A stretch of 46,976 nt of DNA from positions 1 to 46,976 of the IMG/VR virus record IMGVR_UViG_3300036779_000030. One strand, 5' to 3'. This document shows, in pieces, positions 26,471-34,791 of this stretch. Under the pieces are notes generated by a model. It did not search any database and was not told where the DNA came from. It saw nothing but the letters and a program-made list of their open reading frames with translations. Position 1 is the stretch's first letter; each line of letters starts with the position of its first letter. The position numbers and the translations under genes are program-made. This stretch comes from a virus (lineage: Duplodnaviria > Caudoviricetes).

Positions 26471-26807
26471 CAATGATGGAATGCACGATGCTGCTTACGA
26501 CTTCATCAAGAAACTAGGGGTAGAACCTACCCCCGACGCGATCGATCAGCTATCCGGCCCATTCTCGATAGCGCTACGCCTTATGTGCGAGCGCGGCTAC
26601 GATCCGCTAGGATCTACCTGGGCGACGAAAGGATGGAAGGGACTCGTCCATGACATCCTAAACAAGGCGGGACGCATTAAGTACCACTCATGGCGGAACA
26701 ATGACTTCGACGGGGACTCCGCCATAGACCTTATCAACTTTACGGGGTTCTATTACCGCCTCACGAACTCAGGATCTCGATGGGGCGACCTAGGGGAACC
26801 GGGATAA
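26460..26807 (+). CDS. All-alpha NTP-pyrophosphatase-like protein (DUF1599 / nucleotide-modification-associated type)
   Basis: ERGYD...W...G..G....NKAGR...DSAIDLINF pattern; context next to thyX. Confidence 0.5.
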   Translation: MSFSNDGMHDAAYDFIKKLGVEPTPDAIDQLSGPFSIALRLMCERGYDPLGSTWATKGWKGLVHDILNKAGRIKYHSWRNNDFDGDSAIDLINFTGFYYRLTNSGSRWGDLGEPG

Positions 26808-26809
26808 CC

Positions 26810-27202
26810 ATGCCAGACAAGAAGAAAATAACGGTAAACAAAACCAACGCCAAGGACATCACAAAAGACCCACGCATCATGGCCGCCATAGACCTCGTCG
26901 GGCGTACCGGAGCAAACGAGTTCCAGTTCCGATTCGCCGATGACGAAAGGCCAACAATATGGATGGCTATCGGCCGCTGGGACGATACATACGAAGTTGG
27001 TGCTAGCACTAGCCCAGATGTAGCAATATTCCGCCTACTCGATGAGATCATTGACGGCGGTACCTGTACGCACTGTAACAAGCCAGCCGGATTCGAGGAG
27101 AGCATCAATCCGATGCCTCTCAGCGACCTAGTGTGTTGGTATCAGTGGGACCCAGAACTCAAGGTGTTCCGGCGCGGATGTGGAGGAGATGATGACAAAT
27201 GA
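26810..27202 (+). CDS. Hypothetical protein
   Basis: Operon packing; CTHC. Confidence 0.7.
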   Translation: MPDKKKITVNKTNAKDITKDPRIMAAIDLVGRTGANEFQFRFADDERPTIWMAIGRWDDTYEVGASTSPDVAIFRLLDEIIDGGTCTHCNKPAGFEESINPMPLSDLVCWYQWDPELKVFRRGCGGDDDK

Positions 27203-28125
27203 AGTACGTATCACTTCATCACCACTCAACCTTCAGCCATGGTGATGGCCACAAGCTTCCTGAAGTACATGTTCAGCGGGCGGCCGAGCTAGGCTATACC
27301 GCGCAGGCACTCACAGAACATGGCGGCACCTCAAGTCACTTCCAGTTCGAGAAAGCCGCTCTGAAGGCAGGCCTGAAGCCTATCTTCGGACTCGAAGCCT
27401 ACACTGGCCCTACAGACGAAACCCGCAGCCAATGGAAGTACCACCTCACAATACTAGCAGGGAGCAATAATGGATACCGTAACCTCAACCGCCTCGTCAC
27501 CCAATCCTGGCGAGATCATCACTATCATCCAACAGTTTCTGGAGAAAATCTCGCAAGTAATTCAGAAGATCTTTACATACTGTCTGGATGTACTGGAAGC
27601 ATGCTTGCCTGCGCTCTCGTCGGTGGCAAGGGAATACCCGAGCCTACTTCCCGAGACGGCTATGGCTGGGATGACGCACGACGCATCATCAGTCGTTTTC
27701 ACAGGCTATTTGGAGCCAATTACTTTCTCGAAGTCCAGCCCTTCTATGAACTGGACAAGACATGTCGAATCAATCCTGCGTACGAACGACTCAGTAATGA
27801 GACAGGTGTACCGCTCGTAGCGACGTGTGACGTTCACTACCCGCGCCCCGAAGACTCGAACATGCAGGCCATCCTCCATGCGGTACATCGGAAGAATCAG
27901 TCAATCGACGACGCGATGCGCTCCTGGAATTATGACGTCCCAATGACCCTCCCAGAATCAGACAAGGCTCTAGGCATTCGCCTCATGAAGACTGGCCTGT
28001 CCCGCACAGCTGCCTGGGAGGCTATCCTGAACTCGGCGTATATAGCCGAGAACTGTAATGTAACCCTCCCGAAAGCCGCCCGGCTAGAATACCCAATATC
28101 CGACGAAGACTGGGAGCCATGGTGA
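27199..28125 (+). CDS. dnaE: DNA polymerase III alpha, N-terminal PHP domain (split gene, part 1)
   Basis: SLHHHSTFS, ALTEHG, KPIFGLEAY, HLTILA, TCDVHY. Confidence 0.92.
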   Translation: MKYVSLHHHSTFSHGDGHKLPEVHVQRAAELGYTAQALTEHGGTSSHFQFEKAALKAGLKPIFGLEAYTGPTDETRSQWKYHLTILAGSNNGYRNLNRLVTQSWRDHHYHPTVSGENLASNSEDLYILSGCTGSMLACALVGGKGIPEPTSRDGYGWDDARRIISRFHRLFGANYFLEVQPFYELDKTCRINPAYERLSNETGVPLVATCDVHYPRPEDSNMQAILHAVHRKNQSIDDAMRSWNYDVPMTLPESDKALGIRLMKTGLSRTAAWEAILNSAYIAENCNVTLPKAARLEYPISDEDWEPW

Positions 28126-28274
28126 TGCCCTGGTGGTTCTGGCTATTCCTAGCCTGGAATATCCTCAACACGATACTCATCCAGATACTTCACCTGACAA
28201 CTCCAACTATGACAAGAATACGGACGCTTCATGGTAAAATACACTCCGGGAATTCATACGGTAAGCATATCTGA
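28125..28274 (+). CDS. 49-aa membrane-type hypothetical protein (MPWWFWLFL...)
   Basis: Read manually; TGATG coupling. Confidence 0.45.
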   Translation: MPWWFWLFLAWNILNTILIQILHLTTPTMTRIRTLHGKIHSGNSYGKHI

Positions 28275-28313
28275 TCTCATAATAGTCATGCTCATAGCGA
28301 GATCGGCATTCAA

Positions 28314-28550
28314 ATGGCTAAGTACAATATTCACATGGGCACTCAAGATTGCGAGGAAGCAATGGCGCCGATAGACATATACATCAGGCACTACGTAGGC
28401 CACTGTGCCATATGCGGATTCCCAGTCTTTGATATGGGCAACAGTGATGAACTGGAGCACGACTTCATGTTTAATCTCACATTCAACAGAGAATACAGTG
28501 GGAACGACTGGTTCTTCAGAACATTCCATATGGATGTGTATCGTGGATAA
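28314..28550 (+). CDS. Hypothetical protein
   Basis: ORF with CAIC in the dnaE gap; weak RBS. Confidence 0.4.
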   Translation: MAKYNIHMGTQDCEEAMAPIDIYIRHYVGHCAICGFPVFDMGNSDELEHDFMFNLTFNREYSGNDWFFRTFHMDVYRG

Positions 28551-28758
28551 AGTCCAATGTCAATGTAAGGCTTTCGCAGCAATACGATGCCTATACCCGG
28601 CAACACAAGAAGACTTCCTCTGTGACACATGTCGCGAGAAGAAATGCGGCCTACTGATAACTACACCAGGACGGCAAGAACGACACGTCATCGCAACATT
28701 CGAAACGAGGCATCTCAATGAATGGACAAAGCCTGTCAAAGACAACCCCCAAGCTTGA
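28543..28758 (+). CDS. Cys-rich hypothetical protein
   Basis: CQC...C...CDTC; start uncertain. Confidence 0.5.
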   Translation: MDKVQCQCKAFAAIRCLYPATQEDFLCDTCREKKCGLLITTPGRQERHVIATFETRHLNEWTKPVKDNPQA

Positions 28759-31015
28759 GGGCAGTAGACCAGAAGCCGAAGAACTCCTATGGCACTGGGT
28801 CCGTCAGGGATGGCGGTACCGCAACATCGGCTCACTACCGCGCGTCGACCAGAATTGGTACGTCGATCGCATCAAGTACGAGATGTCCCTTATCCTGCCG
28901 CGCGGCCTAGCAGACTTCCTCCTATTCACATCCGATACCATGAGATGGGGCAAGGACCATGGCATCCCGTTTGGGCCGGGGCGCGGTTCTACGGCGGCTA
29001 GCGCGGTCGCCTACCTACTCCGGATTACGGAGATCCCGCCACATAAGTATAAGGGTATGCTCTTCGAGCGGTTCATCGACATTACCCGGCCCGACCCTCC
29101 GGACATCGACGTGGACTGCTCTGATGAGGATCGCTGGCGAGTCTGGGAATACCTTGAGAACAAGTACGGTTCGAATCGCGTAGGACATGTAGCCAACTTC
29201 GTCAGGTATCGCGGCAAGAATTCCCTCGCCGATGTCACGAACGTCTACAATATCCCGATCTGGGCGCGGGAAGGTGTAGCGAACCTACTCATCGAACGGT
29301 CGGGAGGAGACTCCCGCTTCAGCTCCACATTGGAAGATACCTTCGAACTGTTTCCTGAAGCACAGAAGATCCGGGAAGAATACCCCGACATCGGAAAAGC
29401 CTGCCGCCTTGAAGGCGACGTCAGAGGCATGAGCATCCATGCGGCCGGACTCGTTATCGCGAACAGCCCACTAACCGACATATGCGCCATCTACGAGAAG
29501 GATGGCGTCAAGGTCATGAGTATTGACAAGTACGATGTTGAGTACGCAGGCGCACTAAAGCTCGACTTCCTTGGTCTCTCAACCATGGGGATGATCGCAC
29601 GATGCCTACACATGGCAAACATAACTCTGGAGGATCTCTATGCGATTCCTGACGATGACGCTAGGACGATCGAGGTATTCGCCACAGGAGATGTCGTTGG
29701 TGTATTTCAATTTGAAGGTCGAGCTACACGGCTCGTCAACCGTGACGTACATCCAGATCACTTCATGCACATCGCCGACATCAATGCGCTATCGCGTCCT
29801 GGACCACTATTTTCCGGACAAACAGCCGCTTATGTGGACGTTCGCCATGGACGGAAGAAAGCTGAGAGACTACATCCGATCGTCGATGAGGTCACCAAGG
29901 ACACGTACGGACAGATCATCTACCAAGAACAGATCCTCCGGATACTCAAGGACATCGGAGGATTCGACTGGTTCTCCGTAAGCCAGATCCGCAGGATCAT
30001 CTCCAAGAAAATGGGCGAAGCCGCCTTCCAGATGTCATACCAGCAGTTCGCAGACGGCGCAAAGAGCCTACACGATATCGATGAAGAACTAGCCGATCGG
30101 ATCTGGAAGCGGCTCGTTACCTCGGGAACCTATAGCTTCAACATAGCCCACTCGATCTCGTACGGAATGCTAGCGTTCTGGACCGCATGGCTGAAGGCTA
30201 GGTACCCGGTCGAATTCTACGCCGCTTCCCTTCAGAAGGCAGCTAGTAACGCCGAGTTGTCATTCCGGCTTATGCGTGATGCCCTAGGCCATTCAATTGA
30301 CGTAAAGCCGCCATCCCTAGCCTACTCCCGAGCTAACTGGCGTCCCGTCCAGAACGTCGGCCTAGTCGCAGGATGGCAGCAGATCCCTAAGATCGGCGCA
30401 ACAACCGCGCAGCGAATCGAAGAACAGGCAGGTGATTACGGCTTCGATGACTGGATCGAAATGGGACAGATCCCCGGAATCGGCGACAAGACGATCGCGC
30501 GGATGGAGGAATGGACCCTAGCGAAAGACCCATTCGGCCTGTACCGTACGGAGAAGCGCCTAGCGTCCGTATCCCGATTCCTGCGCGGTAAGGGGAAGGG
30601 CGAAGCGCCGCTCCCGACGCATGATGGTGATAGACTCGCCAGCATCATAGTTAAGCAAAGTAAGAAGGCGCATACGTGGAATCCAGGACCGCGCGTCATC
30701 TATATGGGAATGGTACGCAAGGTCGAATACAAGGACATAGTGGAAGACGAACGCTCGCGATCCGGCCGAGAGGTTGAGGAGATCCTGAAGACCATCAAGC
30801 GTCCTGACCTAATAAAGCGGGCAACTATTCACTGTTATGACACAAGCGATGAAGAGGTGTACGCGCGAGTTAATAGATGGAGGTATCCTAGACTGCAGAA
30901 GCAGCTCGCACTAATACGGCCGAACCGAGACGTAGTGATTATTGTCGGAAACCGAATCTCTGGATTCGGAACACCGATCACCGTCAATGATATCTACATA
31001 CTAGATCCAGACTAA
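28718..31015 (+). CDS. dnaE: DNA polymerase III alpha, catalytic part (split gene, part 2)
   Basis: GPGRGS, FERF, PDIDVD, HAAG, KLDFLGL, GVFQFE, YQEQ, YSFNIAHS. Confidence 0.95.
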   Translation: MNGQSLSKTTPKLEGSRPEAEELLWHWVRQGWRYRNIGSLPRVDQNWYVDRIKYEMSLILPRGLADFLLFTSDTMRWGKDHGIPFGPGRGSTAASAVAYLLRITEIPPHKYKGMLFERFIDITRPDPPDIDVDCSDEDRWRVWEYLENKYGSNRVGHVANFVRYRGKNSLADVTNVYNIPIWAREGVANLLIERSGGDSRFSSTLEDTFELFPEAQKIREEYPDIGKACRLEGDVRGMSIHAAGLVIANSPLTDICAIYEKDGVKVMSIDKYDVEYAGALKLDFLGLSTMGMIARCLHMANITLEDLYAIPDDDARTIEVFATGDVVGVFQFEGRATRLVNRDVHPDHFMHIADINALSRPGPLFSGQTAAYVDVRHGRKKAERLHPIVDEVTKDTYGQIIYQEQILRILKDIGGFDWFSVSQIRRIISKKMGEAAFQMSYQQFADGAKSLHDIDEELADRIWKRLVTSGTYSFNIAHSISYGMLAFWTAWLKARYPVEFYAASLQKAASNAELSFRLMRDALGHSIDVKPPSLAYSRANWRPVQNVGLVAGWQQIPKIGATTAQRIEEQAGDYGFDDWIEMGQIPGIGDKTIARMEEWTLAKDPFGLYRTEKRLASVSRFLRGKGKGEAPLPTHDGDRLASIIVKQSKKAHTWNPGPRVIYMGMVRKVEYKDIVEDERSRSGREVEEILKTIKRPDLIKRATIHCYDTSDEEVYARVNRWRYPRLQKQLALIRPNRDVVIIVGNRISGFGTPITVNDIYILDPD

Positions 31016-31024
31016 GGTAGAACA

Positions 31025-31252
31025 ATGACTACTCAAGATCAAGAGCAATTCATCACCGTCCGTAATGCTGACGATATGGACCCTTACAACTTCCGCAAGC
31101 ACATGGAATTGAGGCATCCGGATTCCCTCGGGGGATCTCCCCGGCTGTATCCTTTCCCTAGTGAATATGTAGAGGAATGCTGGCGTACGTTTCACGACAC
31201 GCTACACCGCCTAGAGCTGTACGGCAAGATCAACCACGACCACGGCGAATAG
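31025..31252 (+). CDS. His-rich hypothetical protein
   Basis: AAGG RBS, operon packing. Confidence 0.7.
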   Translation: MTTQDQEQFITVRNADDMDPYNFRKHMELRHPDSLGGSPRLYPFPSEYVEECWRTFHDTLHRLELYGKINHDHGE

Positions 31253-31260
31253 GAACACAA

Positions 31261-31536
31261 ATGTCACTTACCGCCCCGGAACGCGAGACGATCATCAACT
31301 TCAATGACGGCGAGGATATCGCCTACATCTATACCGCACAACGCAAGATTATCACCAAGCTCAAGAAAAATCCCTCCGCCACATTGAAAGAAGAGGGCGT
31401 GTTCGAGGGTACTGCTTGGGCAAGATTCACCATACCGGCAAACCTCATAAGCTTCAGGGTCGCCCGGCCTAAGCGCGAACTATCTCAAGAACAGCGAGCC
31501 GAGATCGGGGAGCGACTAAAGCGTAACCGTACGTAG
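31261..31536 (+). CDS. Hypothetical protein (start at MSLTAPERET)
   Basis: AGGA RBS; last rightward gene. Confidence 0.75.
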   Translation: MSLTAPERETIINFNDGEDIAYIYTAQRKIITKLKKNPSATLKEEGVFEGTAWARFTIPANLISFRVARPKRELSQEQRAEIGERLKRNRT

Positions 31537-31716
31537 CCGCCCGCTAGCCTCCGAAACGACGCTAGCTAGCGTATCCGAGAGACCCTACCCCGCCCCGGAG
31601 CGGTTACCGCTTCCCTAGGGGGTTCGCTCCCCGTTCGTCGCCTAGGAACGTCCCCTACGCCCCGTCCCTAGGGGGTCCGCCTAGCCCCCCGGCCCCGGCT
31701 CCGGTACGAACGGGTC
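31494..31716. other. 223-bp CA/TG-free island at the convergence of the two arms
   Basis: No CA or TG; CCCTAGGGGG twice, palindromes ACGCTAGCTAGCGT and AGCGGTTACCGCT. Confidence 0.85.
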
Positions 31717-32307
31717 ATGAGGCGATTGACGGCTGATCATCGCGTCATAGACAGGAGCGACAGGAGCCAATGTCGGATTCAGGGTAGGCTTCATCCAGAT
31801 GCCTCGAAATGGCGCCCGGTAGTAACATGGCCACGTGTATGGCTTAGCCGCCGTGTATGCCATCATGAGTACTGCGCCAGGACGTATGCCATCCCAGACA
31901 GACTTCTCCCAGGCAATCTCTACCTCATCACTCTTGAATGGGCGCGCGGTATAGATGATATCGAACTCGCCCCATGGAGGAGACTCCGTACGCAGGTCCA
32001 TGTACCGCGCATCGACTCCAAGCGCGAGAGCCTTTGTAATGTAGTCATCATTGATCTCATACCCGACTGCCTCAAGACCATGATACTCCTGCGCGAGGTA
32101 TAGTTTTGTGCCTATCCCGCATCCAGCTTCACAGAACTTGATCGTGTGGAACCCTGGCAACAATTGTGTTGCGGCCGAGAGCATCCGGTCGAATTCCACC
32201 AGCTCTAGCGGACTCCACCGCCACATGTCTGGATCAGGCTCAGTAGTCTCCCGCTCCTTGTACAGTTGCTCTAGTTCCATGTCCCAGAGCTGTTGCCTGC
32301 TCAGCAT
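31681..32307 (-). CDS. Class I SAM-dependent methyltransferase
   Basis: CEAGCGIG, GYEIND, FDIIY; AGGAG RBS before MLSRQQ. Confidence 0.8.
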   Translation of the reverse strand: MLSRQQLWDMELEQLYKERETTEPDPDMWRWSPLELVEFDRMLSAATQLLPGFHTIKFCEAGCGIGTKLYLAQEYHGLEAVGYEINDDYITKALALGVDARYMDLRTESPPWGEFDIIYTARPFKSDEVEIAWEKSVWDGIRPGAVLMMAYTAAKPYTWPCYYRAPFRGIWMKPTLNPTLAPVAPVYDAMISRQSPHDPFVPEPGPGG

Positions 32308-32315
32308 GACTTCTC

Positions 32316-32486
32316 CTAATGGCCGAGCTTTTCCCTGTGCTCGGCGAGTCTCTTGAACGGCACCAGCGAGTAACACCCGGGGCACACGACTACCCGAAGC
32401 GTTCCGTCCGACTTGATGATGTCGGCGAATTCCTCTATTCCATCAGTCTCGATGATCAGCCGAACCGGAACATCTATTGTGTTCAC
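32316..32486 (-). CDS. Small C2H2-like hypothetical protein
   Basis: GAGGAG RBS before GTG; CPGC...H...H. Confidence 0.6.
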   Translation of the reverse strand: MNTIDVPVRLIIETDGIEEFADIIKSDGTLRVVVCPGCYSLVPFKRLAEHREKLGH

Positions 32487-32554
32487 TTTCTTCTCCTCTG
32501 CGAGAAGGCCGTAGCAGGCACGTTTCAGTACCTGCCACAGCCATATTGCCGCCC

Positions 32555-33349
32555 TTACGTCACCGGGGCGTTCCACGTCGCGTTCCACGTCTCCGGCCCG
32601 ACTACCCCGTCAACGCCCAGCCCCTTCTCCGACTGGAATTGACGGCAAGTACCTTCTGATCCGTCGCCGTATACGCCATCGACGTCGATCGACCAGCCGC
32701 GCGAGGACATCTTGGATTGCCACGTTATGACATCGGCACACATGTAATTGTGGCCATACCCCGGCCCGAAGTAGTCGACTGTCATGGCTGGCGCGGCACC
32801 TCCCCCTCCACCCCCTCCGGATGGCGGCGGCTCCGGCGTACCACCGCGCGCTAGGTCGAGAACGTAGTCCATGGGGAATCCGTTTCCGCAGTCAGAGTGA
32901 CCGCCACCCCATGAACCTAGATCGCGGTGCTGACACACACCATGACCGCCACCCTGCGCCTGTGAAGAGGAAAGCTTGGTGATCGGGATGCCGAACTTGC
33001 CTGCCTCCTCCTTCACCCAGTCGGCCGCGTTCAGGAGCATGTTGTTGTGGCTGTTCCGCCACGTCGAATCCGACCAGGAGGCAAAGCCGCACAGCTCGGC
33101 GGCTACGGACATCGGGTTGGCATTCCCCTGCGTCCATGCCTTATTGCCGCGCGAGACGTACTCGCCGATCTTGCCTCGCTTGTCGTCGATACCGACGTGC
33201 GAGGAGACGCCGACATCCTGCTGGAAGTATGAGCCCAGCGACTCGTATGTTGTCGAACCCTCCGCCGTATGAAGGACGATGAGGCGCACTGCCGAACCAC
33301 CGCGCGACGAATAGTTTGGCGACGGGATCCATACTCGCTGGAGTGCCAT
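32555..33349 (-). CDS. Endolysin: N-acetylmuramoyl-L-alanine amidase plus peptidoglycan-binding domain
   Basis: IVLHTAEG, SSH, AWTQ, HSDCG; DGVYG...FQ...GLGVDGVVGPETW. Confidence 0.92.
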   Translation of the reverse strand: MALQRVWIPSPNYSSRGGSAVRLIVLHTAEGSTTYESLGSYFQQDVGVSSHVGIDDKRGKIGEYVSRGNKAWTQGNANPMSVAAELCGFASWSDSTWRNSHNNMLLNAADWVKEEAGKFGIPITKLSSSQAQGGGHGVCQHRDLGSWGGGHSDCGNGFPMDYVLDLARGGTPEPPPSGGGGGGGAAPAMTVDYFGPGYGHNYMCADVITWQSKMSSRGWSIDVDGVYGDGSEGTCRQFQSEKGLGVDGVVGPETWNATWNAPVT

Positions 33350-33350
33350 G

Positions 33351-33506
33351 TTACTGCCACCCTTCCTGAATTGTCTCTCCGTGCGCCCAGTGTTCGTTCT
33401 GTTCCTCCGGAGGTGGCTCCCGGAACGGCCGGACCTGCCGAAGTTCCGGTTGTGCCGGGTCGCGCGGTGCCTCGTCCTGCTGCTCGATGTCCTTGTTCTT
33501 AGGCAT
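33351..33506 (-). CDS. 51-aa hydrophilic hypothetical protein (MPKNKDIEQ...)
   Basis: Read manually; abuts the endolysin start. Confidence 0.55.
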   Translation of the reverse strand: MPKNKDIEQQDEAPRDPAQPELRQVRPFREPPPEEQNEHWAHGETIQEGWQ

Positions 33507-33639
33507 CAGACCCTACTTCCTGGTAGCACTTGTACTGTCTTTGCTTGTACAGATTCCATTCGCGCTTCAACTGGTCATAGATGGCAGTGGCTATCACTAT
33601 GACGACACCGCCTATCCCGAACCACATGATCACGACCAT
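33499..33639 (-). CDS. 46-aa single-TM protein (holin-like candidate)
   Basis: MVVIMWFGIGGVVIVIATAIYDQLKREW...; ATG 6 nt after a -10 box. Confidence 0.55.
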   Translation of the reverse strand: MVVIMWFGIGGVVIVIATAIYDQLKREWNLYKQRQYKCYQEVGSDA

Positions 33640-33645
33640 ACCGCT

Positions 33646-33674
33646 AGTCTACGCCATCGAGACGGCTACGTCTA
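33646..33674 (-). promoter_or_regulatory. Leaderless promoter TAGACG-N17-TAGACT for the lysis cassette
   Basis: Matches the promoter consensus; overlaps hairpin ACGGCT/AGCCGT. Confidence 0.7.
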
Positions 33675-33690
33675 GAGCCGTTTCGCCTAG

Positions 33691-34779
33691 CTACGGTCCT
33701 AGGCGTGTACACCTAGAACCGACAGCGTTAAGAGTCTGCCCGGTAGCAGCAGCACCCCATGTACTGTTGATCCTTATATTGTGAGATTTCGTGGTGTCAA
33801 TGGCGACGTTGGACACAGGAGCAGCATTGAATACTGCAGAATTGGTAAACAAGGCATTCATGCCATTTTGCTTTATCGTTCCGTATAGGTATCCAAGTAC
33901 TGTTCCGCTCGCACCGATAGATTGACATTGTATGCCAACCTTAATCTGGCCATTAAGGCCGACTCCAGCAGCAACGATAGCGCCGCCAATGGTATCCGAA
34001 ATTGTATACGTCGTCACGCCATCGATCGAGAGTCCCATTGTTAGCGTTTGGCCTTCCATCGTACATTGCCATGGCATGTCGATCTCGTAAATAGTGCCGA
34101 CCTGTAGGTCGTTTGCTGGGATCGTATATATCGCCGTAATTGTGTTCGGTCCTGACAAGTTATTGTTTGTCCTGATGTTTGCATCAGTCTGGGATGTACC
34201 CGGCAGAACAGACCACACAGATCCATTCCACGAGTACACCTTCATAGTATCTACTTCTAGCCCGAGACGTACATTCGGCGGCGACGGATGGTATGTTGAC
34301 TGCATCGAAATGACGGAACGCGCGGAATACTGTCTTTGGTCAGACAGATTTGTTAGTGTACCATCACTGTTGGATACCCAGTTTGAGATTGGAATGTCCC
34401 ATAGCCCGGCAGGTGTTTGCTGTAGTGGAGGCATTACCGGAGAGCCGCTAGGCGTACCGGTGATGACCACTGGCGAGACTACGCTCGGCGACGTTGATGC
34501 CGTACGATTAAGCCTCAACACGAGACGATCAAGCCGGTTCTGCGATGACGCGGCCGGAATAGGTACTGAAACAGGAGCATCACAGCTCCATAGTTGTCCC
34601 TTGATAAGAGCCTGCCCGGCACTAATAACAGCATTACGCCCGGCTGTATCAAGAGATGGTGTGAGGCTACTAGAACCATCGATGCCATCATATATGCCCG
34701 CCGACGACATAAAGGATTCCCAGTCAGCAGTAGTAGTGAGCTGGTTAAACCCACTCGGCCTAGCATCGTATGTTACCAT
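33691..34779 (-). CDS. Minor tail / receptor-binding protein
   Basis: NRLDRLVLRL...TGTP...PPLQQ...WDIPI baseplate-upper-protein-like N-terminus; position. Confidence 0.8.
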   Translation of the reverse strand: MVTYDARPSGFNQLTTTADWESFMSSAGIYDGIDGSSSLTPSLDTAGRNAVISAGQALIKGQLWSCDAPVSVPIPAASSQNRLDRLVLRLNRTASTSPSVVSPVVITGTPSGSPVMPPLQQTPAGLWDIPISNWVSNSDGTLTNLSDQRQYSARSVISMQSTYHPSPPNVRLGLEVDTMKVYSWNGSVWSVLPGTSQTDANIRTNNNLSGPNTITAIYTIPANDLQVGTIYEIDMPWQCTMEGQTLTMGLSIDGVTTYTISDTIGGAIVAAGVGLNGQIKVGIQCQSIGASGTVLGYLYGTIKQNGMNALFTNSAVFNAAPVSNVAIDTTKSHNIRINSTWGAAATGQTLNAVGSRCTRLGP

Positions 34780-34791
34780 CTCTACTCCTAC

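Noticed and set aside
28126-28717. Intron or split intein in dnaE
   Set aside because: No intein terminal motifs, no homing endonuclease, no recognisable group I/II core; both halves have their own start and stop
25350-29040. Short intragenic CA/TG-free runs (25350-25413 and 28974-29040)
   Set aside because: A rough estimate gives one or two runs of about 65 bp by chance in 47 kb, so they are not individually meaningful
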